DNA of 64,000 nt from positions 62,001 through 126,000 of the forward strand of contig NW_019028998.1 in the NCBI RefSeq assembly GCF_002105155.1. The letters run 5' to 3'. A program made the position numbers and the translations under genes. The notes below the pieces were generated by a model. The model did no database searches. It was given only the letters and a program-made list of their open reading frames with translations, and was not told the origin of the DNA. This DNA is from Lobosporangium transversale. Taxonomy: Eukaryota. Each line of letters starts with the position of its first letter. The first letter of the stretch is position 1. Positions 12,637-25,856 of the stretch are shown piece after piece.

Positions 12637-13294
12637 CAGTCGACTCCCTCTAGGTGCAACGCTTTGGGCGGTCCTTTTGCGTTGCACTTAGACAGTGGTT
12701 GCACTTATGAAGAGTCACGTGAAGTGAACTGTATGGGGCATATCAATAAAGACACATCTCATATTCATGAAGCAACAATGCTTCACAAGCCCCCAGAACC
12801 CTAGCCACTTTGACAAAGGCCTCAAATCATTAATGCTTGCAAGAAAAATCAAGAAAATCTTATTATGAACTTGCAGCAATTATGTGATTAGATCAGTGAG
12901 ACTGAAAACGTTCAAGTTCAAAGTCTTCAGTATCCAGGTTACTCAGTCAATCCGAAAAGTTGACTAGCGATGATGCGCTGCTCTAGTAATTCCAGGATCA
13001 CAGCACAAATGGACTCTGTTCGATGACAAAAAAAGCATTGCAGTCTGCAAAGGATTTACAGAAGTGCCTTCAACAGTCCACACTTGACATTTTTTTTTCC
13101 TGGTTCCTTGATCGTATTAAATTAATACATAAAATAAAATAAATATATATATATATTTTGTCTTCTCTCTGTAAGTGCAAAAATCATATAGTAAACCTTA
13201 AATGTGGGCGGAGGAGGTCGTTGCACCTAGCACTTAGACAGATTTTGCACTTCGCAATAAGTCCCAGCCTCGGGACCAAAAAAATCGTTGACTG
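12637..13294 (+). mobile_element. Non-autonomous pogo/Tigger-type (Tc1/mariner superfamily) DNA transposon remnant
   Basis: TA|CAGTCGAC...GTTGACTG|TA ends. Repeated subterminal GTTGCACTTA/TAAGTGCAA motifs at both ends. Internal decayed frame ending QQSTLDIFF, the QxTLDxFF tail typical of pogo transposases. Confidence 0.7.
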
Positions 13295-13431
13295 TATACT
13301 ATACAATGCAAGATCGAAAGGAGTTTTAAAATTCTTTATGATGAATAAATTTCCGGTGAATGTGGTACATAAAAAACCCTTGCATATGGTAAGCAAAATA
13401 AATAATTTAGAAATCTCTTTTGCTTAAATCT

Positions 13432-14624
13432 TTAGTTTAAATCAATGAAACTGCCAATCTTTCGGATGATCCCCTCAATACCGCTGGCAATTTGCCCAAT
13501 CTATATGGAGTTATGTGAGGTACAAAAAAATAATATTTGTAAGCGAAACTATTCTGTCGACATAAGGATATTCATGTTTGCATTTTTTTTAAAAAATAAA
13601 ATAAAAAACTTACATCAGTTGGACAGGCAAAACTAGTCGATTGATTCTTGAGCGATGGTGATATTGTGATTCCAATGATCTTTAGTTTAGCTTTAACGTC
13701 ATAGTTGATGGTGATCTGCCCATTGGTTGATCCTAAAAGCCCACATCTCGAAAGAATATTCTGTACAACTGTGAATCCGGGGTCCTGGCGACGATTATAT
13801 CTGGCAGAAACAGGGAACTGGATCGTCTTAGTTGATTTACTAGGAAACTCGACATGAGTAATGTTACCACCTCCAATCGATGGTTCGTATCCAGGATAAT
13901 AAGCCTTTAGATAGGTCAAACCATATACAACAGAATAATAAATTGTTAGATTTGTGCGTTTTCAATCCTTCGGATATTTCCTCTTTTTTGGGAACATGGA
14001 AATTCATTCTCTGGAATTAGCCTGCAACACTGAATAAAAGAGCTTTTTAATTCCAACACCTACTGTTACAACAATCGACTCAAAGTTGAAGCTAATAGGA
14101 TTGGGATTCTTGACCTGAATGTTCGCCACCATATCTAAGCCAAGGGTGGTATTTCCTTGATTGAACGTGAATATCGGGTCTCCCTCAGGTCCTAAATAAT
14201 CAACGGTCGGCATCTTGAACACTGCAAAGACCAAGATCACAATTACGATAATGACAAGCAGCAACAGAATGCACAGACAGCATGTCACCCGCCCACACGT
14301 TGTCCGGATACAAGGAAAACACGGCAAATATTTAGATCGCTTCTTGGAAGGTTTAATGAGTTTGACGTCTTGATCCTCGAATCCATTATAGTAGCGTGGT
14401 TGGTTGTTGGGCTCAGCAGCAGGAGCAGCAGCGGGAGCAGCAGCAGTTTCATCATAGTTTTGATTGTAATAATCGTTGTTGTAGTAGTCTTTGTTACTGG
14501 TGTTATTATTATTGTTGTTGTAGACATGTTGATAAGGTAAGCTGTAGCTACCTTGCTGTTGCGTCATGTCGCGCATTGCATAGCTTTGTTGACCTCGATC
14601 GTAGCTATTATACCTGTTTTCCAT
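13432..14624 (-). CDS. LEA_2/WHy-domain type II membrane protein
   Basis: Cys-rich juxtamembrane segment plus a TM helix, PTVDY, ANIQVKNPNPISFNF, AYYPGY...IGGG and a beta-sandwich C-terminus. Three exons. Confidence 0.8.
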
Positions 14625-15484
14625 GACGTCGTTTCGGAGACTAATGATTGGTTTTTCGCCCAGGGCTGTTGAACAAAAATAAATGCAATTTACACTTGTA
14701 GTGGGATTTTTTTGTTTTTTTGTTTGGCTTCGCTGTTGTTTGAACGATATACTTTTATGCTTTATCGCCTGCTAATTTCCTGTAACTGTTGTAGCTGTCG
14801 TTACCACTTTTTTTTTTTTTGTATCAAGTATTTGGTAGAAGGATAGGGGCAGTACAAGTATTTAAAGTACAATAATATTAAGTATAGCAAGAATGTAAGA
14901 ATGAGAATGAGAATAAGTGAATGAATGAATGAATAAATGAATAAATGATTGAGCAAATGAGTTAATGAGTTTATGTGTGGAGAAAGTTTTTGCCGAATAA
15001 GAAAGCAGAAGAAAGGAGCAATAAGACTGAAAGTGTATAGGAAAGCCAGTCAAATGGGTCAGATAAAAAGGACAAAAGAGCAAGAAAAGAGAGAGATGAA
15101 AGAGAGGAGAGAGAAACAGTGTGAGTAGATAAAGACAGCAGCCCATTGATGATCATCGATCAGATAGACTTGACGCTGTCAATGTCCATTTCATTCTTCT
15201 TTATTGCACAGTGTATGCATGCAGCAAAGAGGGAAGCTCTGACATAAGCTGCAAGGGTGCAAACTTGTATTACATGAACATGTTTATTATTCTCATGTCT
15301 TGTCACAGTTTTTTTTTTTATTTCATCTTGCTATGCTGCAATGCTCAATGTCATCATGTTAAATTTATTGAACCTTGCCCAAATGCTATAACAGTGATTC
15401 CTTTGGTTGTACAAAAAAAAAACTTGAAAAAGGAATCTATTTTACTTCATGCCTCGTTGTTTATTACATTAGGATTGATTTTTA

Positions 15485-16435
15485 CTAAAACGGCGTGATG
15501 GAGTCGCCTGCTTTGACCCGTGCAACATTCATATCATTATACCGGTTGACGACTGGGAAGAGATTACCCTCCCAATAATGATTGACTCGCACTCGGTACC
15601 AATATGGCCATTTAGAGTAGCAATAATCCGCTAAAGCATCCAGTAAGGCCGAATTGGTCTGCACTGCCAATGGACCAATGCATAGCTGCGGGATCTTGCC
15701 TTCCTTCAATGATCTCAGAATATCATCCTTCAAAATACCAAGACTAAGTAAATGGTAAACATTAAAATGAAGTACATGTAAGCGAATCGAGCAAGAGTTC
15801 TGTATCAAGCAACCAGATTTGTGATTGTAGTAATTTGCTTACTTGATATCCATCTGTTGCCACAGTACATACGACCCATCGGTGGGTGGACCCTTCGTGC
15901 ACCAGTTATAATATGACTGATTCAGCTCTGCTGGCTGTGAATCCTCGCTCGTATATCTGAAGCCATCCAGCTTCCATGTGTCTTTATGATTTGCCCACTC
16001 TGGCTTCGGGTCTGGGATGGACCAGTATGTATCCCCCATGAAGATCATGATCCGCTGGTTTGACAAGATCATATCACGAAGTTTTGGCCATGGATCTGAA
16101 AGACTTTTGCGTGGCCACATCATCAGTTGACCTGTCGGTAGTGTAAAGTATTGGAGTATTTTGGCCACAATGAATTTGGACATGACGCCAGCGTCACCGT
16201 CATTCTGGTTGAATTCGATTGTCAGGACCTCGTACGGGTTTGCGAGCATGAACTCAAGAATTTGACTCATGACAGAATCAAGTGTTACTCCGATAGCACG
16301 GGTTGCTCCATAGCCATGACACATGACGATCTGAGTACCATTGTTGATCAGGCACGTTCCTAGATCCAGGAACCGAATGCCTAAAAAGATATATATAAAC
16401 ATAAGTATCTAGACATATCACATGGTGGACACCAT

Positions 16436-16476
<41 letters not shown>

Positions 16477-17493
16477 TCCTTACCATCATTAAGTTGTTGT
16501 AAAATTGGATGTCCCGGTTGGTTGTCCCATAGACATGGGACGGCCCAGTTGGGGATTACATCCAAGCATGCAGAACCCCATAGCGTACAGACCTCGAGAC
16601 TACTGGTACAGATCTGTTCCCAACCCAGACAAAACTGCTCTGTGGACTCACATACAGATGAGAAGGCACCACAAAGCCAATGCATCCATTTTGGGAGACG
16701 ATCCTGACAACTGTTTGACATCTTGGTGCATCGTGTCTCCCATCCTTTCGTGCAGTTCTGTGCCTGTGCAGTACAAACGGTCTTAGTCTGAAGACATGTT
16801 TCAGTGGCTAGTGCGCAATCGTATTTGAGGTCGTATGCAGCACTGTTGTGAGTTGCTGGGTATGTCTGATAAGAAGAGTAAAAATAAAAAAAAATAAAAA
16901 AAATAAATAAAAGGATTAATCGTTGCGAAGGTGCGTTTGATGAACATTTAAAATAATAGGGAGTTTTCCATCCGTCGTGATATCCTACGTACCACCTGGT
17001 TGTAACGCAAATCACACAAGTCAGCTCGACCGTTGCAGCGCATATCGGGACTGTCGACTGCTGCTAATGCTTGGAATGATGAGATTGGCTGTGTGATATT
17101 ATCCATGACGGCCATGGACATGTTCCAGGGCATAACTTTGCCTCCTTCGCCTCGCTTATGCAGTACTGTCTTTGTTGTACTAGCACTGACGCTACTACTC
17201 TCAGACCCACCATATATTTGTTCCTGCCGTAGAAGACACTCTGTATTCCATCGAGGATGCTGCTCTTGCGCAAGGCGTGACTCTATTTTGGGCCTCTGTT
17301 CTTTCTGAATTGAGAGAGAGGGGATGGTTGGCAGTGGTCCCCGATATTTTATTGTTGTTGGTGTTGATGCCGTTGCTGCCATCACTTGCACTGGTTGCCA
17401 GAGACATGATAACAGTATTGCTACCGACATCAGCATCATTACCATTCCATAAGACGAAGAAGAAGAGTTGATAATATGACGACTCGTCTTCAT
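15485..17493 (-). CDS. Secreted PI-PLC-like phosphodiesterase (TIM barrel) with a Cys-rich insertion
   Basis: Signal-peptide-like N-terminus, CNGRADLCDLRYNQ, YPATHNS, DNQ...QQLNDGIRFLDL, MCHG, EFMLANPYEVLTIEF, WPKLRDMILSNQRIMIF. Four exons. Confidence 0.85.
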
Positions 17494-17912
17494 TTTCTTT
17501 GCGATTGTCTGGTTGGTATTCTTTGATTGAACGATAAATTTTTTCGATAGGTTCCCAGTTGTATTCGGAGATTTATGAGAACCAGATCGCAGATTTTGTA
17601 CACTAACTCCCGCGATGGCCACTGCTAGGAAAATCGATCTGTCTGCCTTCTTTTTTTCCTCTTTCTGCGACCGTTGCTGCATATTTACAGTGATCAAACT
17701 CTGTCGAACATATTCTGCTTCAGAGCTATAAACTTGACATTGGCCATATTCCATCGACATTGTTGGTGCTGATGGCTGTTGGCTCCAAACGTCTGTTGAT
17801 AGACCATAGTTTCTCCTCTGGCCATCCTCTTGGTGAGAATTTGTAGATCCGTAGGGCCTCCGTCGTCCTCGGTGTGTCTTTAATGACATGGTAATAGTAG
17901 TGATATTGAATT

Positions 17913-18003
17913 ATATCAGGATATCAGAGTATCAGAGTATCAGAGTATCAGGGTATCAGGGTATCAGGGTATCAGGGTATCAGGGTATGAAGGTATCAAG
18001 GTA
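17913..18003 (+). repeat. 8-bp tandem repeat (TATCAGRG) x ~11
   Basis: Directly visible tatcagag/tatcaggg units upstream of the PLC-like gene. Confidence 0.9.
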
Positions 18004-19163
18004 TTGGGTGGGGAGGATAATTAGCGAAGTACAAAGGTTGAATAAATGCGAGCTGAGAACAGTGAGGAAAGAAGAGATTGCAAAGTTGAAAATGAAGAAA
18101 AGGGTTGATAGAAAATAAAAAAAATAAAAAGAGAGATTATGAGGATGAAAAAGAAGAGAAAGAAGAAGTGAGAATGTCAATTGCAAAATAGTCCCTTCCT
18201 ACCTGCCCATGGCCTGCTGAAAAAGAAAAAAGAGCATTTGGTTTTTGTTTACGTTGGATGAACACAACGCAGGGGTCAAGAAAGAGCTAATGCAAACACA
18301 ACTCAAAACATTTGGGAAGATGTCAGGTGGGATACAACTGTGCCTGAGTTTTTTTTTTGCAACTCCATCCCGCCATCTCCACGATTCGTCCAATCGACAA
18401 CGGAAATTCTCCTGCTCTGCATCTTTCTCACCATCGTTTTTTAGTAAGTGCGCTTGGGTAATTTGGCTATCGGAGGCTCTGGGAAATGTTTGGTCTTAAT
18501 CATCCTTAAATTGCACTTTATGAAAGCAACACAAATTAACGGCACATCATTGGACGCAAACGTAAGCGATCAAGCAAATCGGGAAAAAGTAAGCAGCAAA
18601 TCAAATACATATACACATTTGTAAATACTTTGCACATGTTCATAACGCGTTCCTTTACCTAGCAACCTAGACATGCCTCGAACGAAAAGAATTGAACGGT
18701 GAGATGATCTCTTGGACTTTGTTCTCATAAAAGGATAAAACATACCGTTCGCTTGGATGGCATTGATCTTTTCAATCTCTTCTCCTTTTTTTTTTTTTTT
18801 TTTTTTTCCCTTACTCAATACTCCCATAGCAAACAATGTGTCGCCGGATATTCTTGTTCCGTCTACATTCCGTACCCCTTCCCTCTTTCCGCATGATGTA
18901 AGCCTATCTTACCAATGCTGCTATCGTAAAAAAGAAAATGCGCTATCGAGAACAACCCTTGTTTTTAGCGCCACAGCTGACAGACAGTGCGTTGGCAGAA
19001 GGAAGCACAAAATATCTCAAATAGGCAATTACTTGATTGGTTTTTTATTTTTCAATTTATTATACTCTCAAACCATCCGAAGGAAAAAAAACCCCCTTCA
19101 ATGGTATTTATTAATCCTTCTCAGAGCAGCTTTGCAAGGAGAGGAAAAAGTGCTCCTTCATCT

Positions 19164-19936
19164 TTAATCAATTTTCACATTGCGGTATATCCTCATGATG
19201 AGCTTATTGGCTGCAAAATGACCCACAGACCCCAACATTAAAAAGATAGCCATGCATGCCAGACCTGTGTTACCAAAGTAAAAACTGGTTTGAAAGAGGC
19301 CATACATCCTAATAGCACACAAAGAGTAAATCATTAAGATTACAAACAAAGACAACACATTCACATGCAACAAAAAAAAAAAAAGACATCCTTACTTGGT
19401 CTTTTGCAAATAATAGTAAACTGCATATATGTAAACATATGCTGCTGTAGATCCGCAGGTCGCCATACTCATCCAGTGCCATCTATAATCTTCGGTATTG
19501 AGCACAAAATATGTGCTCACCACCGTAACACATGCCGTGACCAGCATCACAATACAGAACACTAGTAATCCGAATCCATATACATAGTAGACCTTATATG
19601 ACCAGAAGGACGTGAACAAAAAATAGATCTCGATGAAGATGGACGCAAATGGTAGGATGCCTCCCAGAGCGATCACCACAATCGGCTCTGCGTACCAGAT
19701 TTTTTCCGGGATTGGGCGAGGGATCGGATGGACTCTACACGGGAAATCCGCCTTGCCAGCCCAGTTCTTACCCAAAATTGTACCCACAAACGTCAGAGGC
19801 AAAACGATCAGCAGCCAGATCACGAAGAGAGCAACCTGAAGAGGTCAAGAGGGAGAAATAAAACTGAGTTATTCTAAAAATCAACAGATATGGTTTCCTA
19901 ACATTGATACCGCAACTACACCACATGACTGTAATA

Positions 19937-19974
<38 letters not shown>

Positions 19975-21071
19975 ACCATGGTGCCGAACGCGATGGCTCG
20001 TGAACTGGTATAATAGATTGCGATTGCATTGTTTAAGCCTGTGACTATGGCCACCGAGGCGGGCCAAAATACAGCTGTCAAGAACATAAGGCGGACCCAA
20101 TCTCGCCCTCCGTACTGAGTATACTGACTAGCACTGGAATATCCAGAAATTATCGAGGTGAAAGCATATATAAAAATAGTGGCTGTCATGATGCTGGCAC
20201 GTTCAGTCCATTCCTGCCCAAAAATCGTATATAGTATCACAAAGAATGATGTCCATACAAGCTGATGTCCCGTTCCCACAAATGCCGCAAAAGTCATAGG
20301 GTTAGTTGGAGGTCTGAATACATCGCCATGGATCTGCTTCCAACCGTAATCGTCGCCCAAATCATGATCCTAGATTAGAAAGGTGGTATAAAAATTGTTC
20401 AGCAGAAAAGCCAACAAGAAGTTTAAGTATAGATAAAAAATAAAAATAAAGTATCATCACCTCAAACCTCATTTACCGCTGCAACACTTACAAAATCATT
20501 CAACCCTGCTTCTTTATCATAACGTGCAAAATCACGACGGAGGTACCGAATCCACATTGCACTGACGAATCCTGTAAGAAACAATACCATCATCAATGAA
20601 TTGAAAATAGAGAACCAGTGAATCTAAGAAAATGCCAATTAAACGTATTAGCCCTTAATCTGTCAAAAAATTTTGCTTTTTTTTTTTTTTTTTTTTTTTT
20701 TTTATATCGTTGTTGTTCCTATTTTACTGTCATCTGTATCGACCTGCAGTCGCTTTACCTTGTTTTCAAAAAAATCCGAGTCCAAATAGCGTTCGAATCG
20801 CGACTTAAATTCCTTGTCGGTCGCAATCCAGGTAACAGAGTATGTAAAATCTACATGCATTCCTGTCTGTGAACTGATCAGTGCAACAGGGTGCTCTGGT
20901 GTAACTTGTGCAGAAATGATCTGCTCGCCATTATACTCAAATTCAAATCTTTGGTGTGTATACAGCGACGTTTGCTCTGATTCTTTTTCCCGTTTCCCAA
21001 CCATTCCTACAGCGAGCCAAAAAAAAAAAAAAAAAAAAAAAAAAAGACATTGCTTTTAGTATTATTTGTCT

Positions 21072-21104
<33 letters not shown>

Positions 21105-21918
21105 CCATCATATTACTAGTTGTTGATAGCAATGAAATTACCCCAAACAGGAAGATCATCGATAAAGTACTGAAACCAATAATCGTGTGATATTGCGTAT
21201 TGAAACGTCTTGACATCCTGCGGCGTCAATTGCTTCTGAGAACAGATTGGTGTGATATCCTTGTTCTCTATACAAGCCAAAAGTAGAGAAGCGAGTAGAA
21301 CAACAGAGAACAACAAGTAGACAACAGCAAATAAATCAGATATATAAGCATTTGGTGTGCGCAAATATTTGGTCATAAAAAAAAGTTGATAAATCAAAAA
21401 AGTCAACTCACGGCCAAAACGGATGGAAATGCCAGAGTTGACCAGTTCCATGCCCAATAGCGCTTCTCCTAAAGTCTCGTGGCGGTGTTCGATCTTCCCA
21501 TCTCCTTTGCAGTATGGCAGCTGGAAATACTCATATGTTTCCTGTCGATTACTAAGAAAAAAAAAAAAAAAAAAAAAAAAAGATATTAAATTATTAATAA
21601 AGACCTATTTGAAAACGTTTATTCGATCGGAAATAAAAAATCTGTTCATCATCTTCAACGCACCTCAAGGGTCCAACTGAGTTAGCCCAAACGACGACTT
21701 CCTCATAGTCTGTATACTAATGGTATATTTGAGAATGGATATATTTCATTAGGTACCATCATTGAAGCATAACATATTTGTGCATTGCAAAGATTATCTG
21801 AGAATTGAGCGCGGACCTTGTGTGAATGTTCATCGGCATGGACCAGATTGATTGCCAGCGCGAAGAATATTAGAAATCCATAAATGGTTTTGCCTGCCCA
21901 GGTCATTTGAGCTACCAT
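19164..21918 (-). CDS. TM9SF3: Transmembrane 9 superfamily / EMP70 protein (TM9SF3-like)
   Basis: Signal peptide plus [72 protein letters not shown] and C-terminal IYRNVKID (KxD/E motif). Confidence 0.92.
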
Positions 21919-22201
21919 GGCAGGTATATGACAAGGCGTTTTTTGGTGATGGTAACTGTCTTGCCGTGTCCTTCCAAAGATTGTCTTCAAGTTCCATAAA
22001 ACCCTTGCTTGAATGCCGCCAACTTGAATCGTCTAGAACAATTTGAATGAATGCGATGAGAAGTGATTGACAGGTAAAGAGATGGGTGAGAGTGTTCTGG
22101 TGTGACAACAGGCACGTTTTTTATGAAATTTGTTTTTATTAAATTTTGGAAAAAGTAAAGTACAAAGCTATTGAAATGCAAGGGAAAAACAAAGGAGTGA
22201 A

Positions 22202-23472
22202 CTAGTAACCATGGCCAAACTTCATGCGGATCAGGTAGCGCATTTTAATCTGGCTTGTGTTGTATACAATGTATTCGTTGTACTGCAAGCAATATAGACC
22301 GGTTCCGGCTTTCTTGCGCTTGAGCGGACCTACTGGCACGAGGAGATTGTCTTCAATAAACACATCATGTTTCTCATCTGGATAGGCTAAACCCAAGCCC
22401 TTTGTACTTTGCTTGCCGGCCTTCTGGGAGTTAGCCTTCGCATTGTAGTCCGATTGCTCAAGTTCATACATGTCACCAAGTGCGACTTCGCAAAGCAGCA
22501 TTAGACCCGTGTTGTTAGTGCGAGAGTCCACAAAGCAGTAGTTGGCAGACTTGGAAACGCAGTCCGCGAAATAGGCCCCCTTATCGAACATGTAGCCGCT
22601 GACAGGAGCCTCGGGTGGAGCAATGCGAAGACCTTGACTCAGAATACCGACATAGTTAGTGAGGCGACTTCCGTGCCAGAGCAGGCGACGGTTGTGAAGC
22701 TTACTGAAGCCAGATTCATCGAATCGTTCGTCTTCACCTTGGCGCGAGAGATCAAAGACTTCATCGATGGCAAGCTTGGTGTAGTGAGTGGATCCATGTG
22801 TGTTCTTGACGTATTGCTCAATGAGCTTGTAGCGTTCGCTCTCCTTATCCATAGGCTCCAGTTTATTCAGCTTCAAAGATATGAACTGTTGGTCGAGTGG
22901 GTTCATTGTCAGAGCTTCTTCCGCTTTCTTATTCTCCTTCATCAACTTCTGAGCAATCTCAATTTCGCCCAGTGCCTCAAGCATCTCCAACTTCTTCTTC
23001 AGTGTCTGTGCGTCTTTGATAATAGGTGGGATTGCAAACCCAAAGTTGTGGGGAATAACAGTATAAAATTCACTAGAGAGCTCACTGAGTTCAGACTCAT
23101 TGGGTTTTTTAGCGTTAAGAGCAACGCTGATCTTCTTGAGAACTTCATATCCATGAAGAATGGTGGCCTTGGCAAGCTTTCCCAACGGCATCTTGTCCGC
23201 ATCATAATCTAGCTCCTTCATCTGTCGATTCATCATGCTTGTATTGAAAATGAGGCCCATCAGTTCTTGAACCTTTGGATGAAGCTTAGACTCCGGTACA
23301 GGCTTCTCTTCCTTCTCCTCCTTCTTGGTCTTTTTCGCCTTCGCGCCATCCTCATCCTCGTCATCCGAGTCGCCATCATCTGGAGGGAGCAAATGGTATT
23401 TCCCTAAATATGATATGGAGCCGTAAAAAAAAAAGAAAGAAAAGCAAATGAAATGCGTCAGTTTTTTCTTTT

Positions 23473-23507
<35 letters not shown>

Positions 23508-24435
23508 GGAATGTGAGCTCGACTTCTCATATTGTTTAATTACCAGGATGCTTCACAAAATTATCGCGGCCACTCCAGGAATTCTTAGTCTTTCCTCTGA
23601 ATTTCCTATCAAATTCCCTCTTTGCCGATTCGAGATCGAAGAACATGTCTGTTGAGGACTGACCATTGGAACCGACGCGTCCCCAATGACAAAAGACGGC
23701 ATATTGATTAGTGCTTCGCAGAAGCTGAATAAAGTAAAATTTGTTGTTGTTCGCACCAATATTGGTCTGATTCAAACGGGCGTTCCATGCAACTTCGCTA
23801 TCGACATAAACTGAGTACGTGGCTGGAAGGGTACAGGCCCTGTCGACCGGGGGTTGGCGGATCTGAGCAGTACCACTAGAATTGGTTACTTTGGCTTTGA
23901 GTGTCTTGATCTTTTTATCAACATGATCTCCTTCCTCGTCTGAATCAGCAGCAGCCTTGCGCTTTTGATTGCGCTTTTTAGGATTGGTAGGGATGGACTT
24001 GCCATCCTTGCTAGCTTTGGAATCGACTGCTTTCATATCCACGTCGGTCTTGGAATCGGTATTTGCGGTAGTGCCGTTGGTGCTGGAAGAAGTTGAAGTA
24101 GCAGCGGCCGAACCGAGTGTATAGGGCGCAATGTCAAGCTTCTTCTTCTTGTCAAGTGATTCGGTGATCCAATCAAGGCTCACTAGAGTGATATTATCCA
24201 TCGAGGCAGCCTTGGTAACCTTGGATGTTTTCTTATCGATCTCTTCCTGGTTAGTGATGAGATGAGTGGTCTTTTTGGTGACAGTAGAGGTAACTTGTGC
24301 GCCTGCATTAGCAGTAACGAGCAAGGCATTAATATCGCCGTGGGTCTGGCCTGGGAATGATCCAGCGATAGAAAACACACAGTCTGCAAAGATGGGCGTG
24401 GAAGGAATCGCCTTAATAGCGCGTTTAGGAGGCAT
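22202..24435 (-). CDS. Poly(ADP-ribose) polymerase, fungal type (BRCT-WGR-regulatory-catalytic)
   Basis: BRCT (VTKKTTHLI..VSLDWITES), WGR (NNNKFYFIQL..HWGRVG..KTKNSW), MPLGKL, LLWHGSR, GAYFAD and YNEYIVY, so the H-Y-E triad is intact. One intron. Confidence 0.95.
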
Positions 24436-24623
24436 AGTAACTGTACAATCGGTGCCAATGAAGAGGGCAGGGAAAGGAAAAAAAAAACAAAAACAAAAAA
24501 CAAAAACAAAAACAAAAAACAAAAACAAAAACAAAATAGAAATGAAAAAGAAAAAGATTCTGAAGAAAGGTGATGATGAAAAATAATGAGAAAGGAATGA
24601 AGAAATGTGAAGGAGCTCTCACT

Positions 24624-24667
24624 CTTTTTATATGCGAGTCTCACACTTTTTATATGCGAGTCTCACA
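24624..24667 (+). repeat. Exact 22-bp tandem duplication upstream of PARP
   Basis: CTTTTTATATGCGAGTCTCACA x2. Confidence 0.9.
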
Positions 24668-24883
24668 CTTTCTTTTTTGCCACCACTGTCACTAAGAAAC
24701 CTAATTCGACATTCGAATATCCTTTCTATCTGGTGGCAAAACGTGGGACGCCTATTTCGGCGGAAGCCACTCCAATTTCGTGGGCTCATCTTGCTCATTT
24801 TGAACAAAACAAAAGGAAACGCGCAATGAGCGCTCCATTGTCCAATTTCATCATCGCCTGCAAAGCAATATTCAGTTCTTAAC

Positions 24884-24917
<34 letters not shown>

Positions 24918-25029
24918 GTTACAGGTACTGGAGAGTTGGCCTACTGGTTTTCACAATCAGTGAGGAAGTTTACAATTATTATGGTCCACTATGACAACAC
25001 AGTCTTTTTATGAAGAAGAACAGTCGTTT

Positions 25030-25816
25030 TTATTCGGACATATCATCATCGCTCCACAACATACGCTCACTTAAGTCTGGATTTTTCAGCTTTGAAAATT
25101 CAATTTCATCCATCTTACGCCGTTTACTATGGTGCCATGCTGCTTGTGCATCTGATGGTCGGCCTACTCGTTCCAGTCTTGGTTTTTTGGCGGGCGGCTG
25201 GATACTGATACTGTAGATATCATCGAATTGTGGGTCAATTAAATCATTGTCACCAGTATCATTAGTTGGGTTCCATGGATCGCGTCTCAATCTTCCTTTT
25301 GATCCGCCAATGCCCTGGGTCCGAAACAGTCTACGGAATCCTGCAATCCAACGATGCTGATCTTCACTGCGACCACTATTATTTTTAGTTAATTGAGGCT
25401 CTCCTCTTCCTATAGACAAAATTTCTGGGTTTTGGGCTGCGGATATACCAAGATCTTGGAATGTCTGTACAAATTGCGTCTGACGTATAGGGTCATGACC
25501 AAGGAAAACAGCGATATAGCTGTGTGCCTCGGAGAATTTCTATAAAATAGTTAATGTTAGAGTTAATATTTTGATTATCACAAACCGGTTGCGCTTATTT
25601 GTGCTCGAACCTAAAGGACATGGGTGTATCTAACCTTTCCTGATGTATCAGTGAAATTTGCTTGCTCAAATTTTAGTCCTGTCATTACAACACAAGGCCA
25701 GTCAGCCATTGCAGTCTTGCTGAACCAAGTTGCAGAAGTGGGCACTATTGAGATAGCCTCGACAACATTACCTATGAAATAGTCAATGATTAATTATATT
25801 AGCACACTGTATGTAG

Positions 25817-25856
<40 letters not shown>

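Noticed and set aside
17913..18003. CRISPR-like array
   Set aside because: Contiguous 8-bp units without spacers in eukaryotic DNA; a simple tandem repeat.
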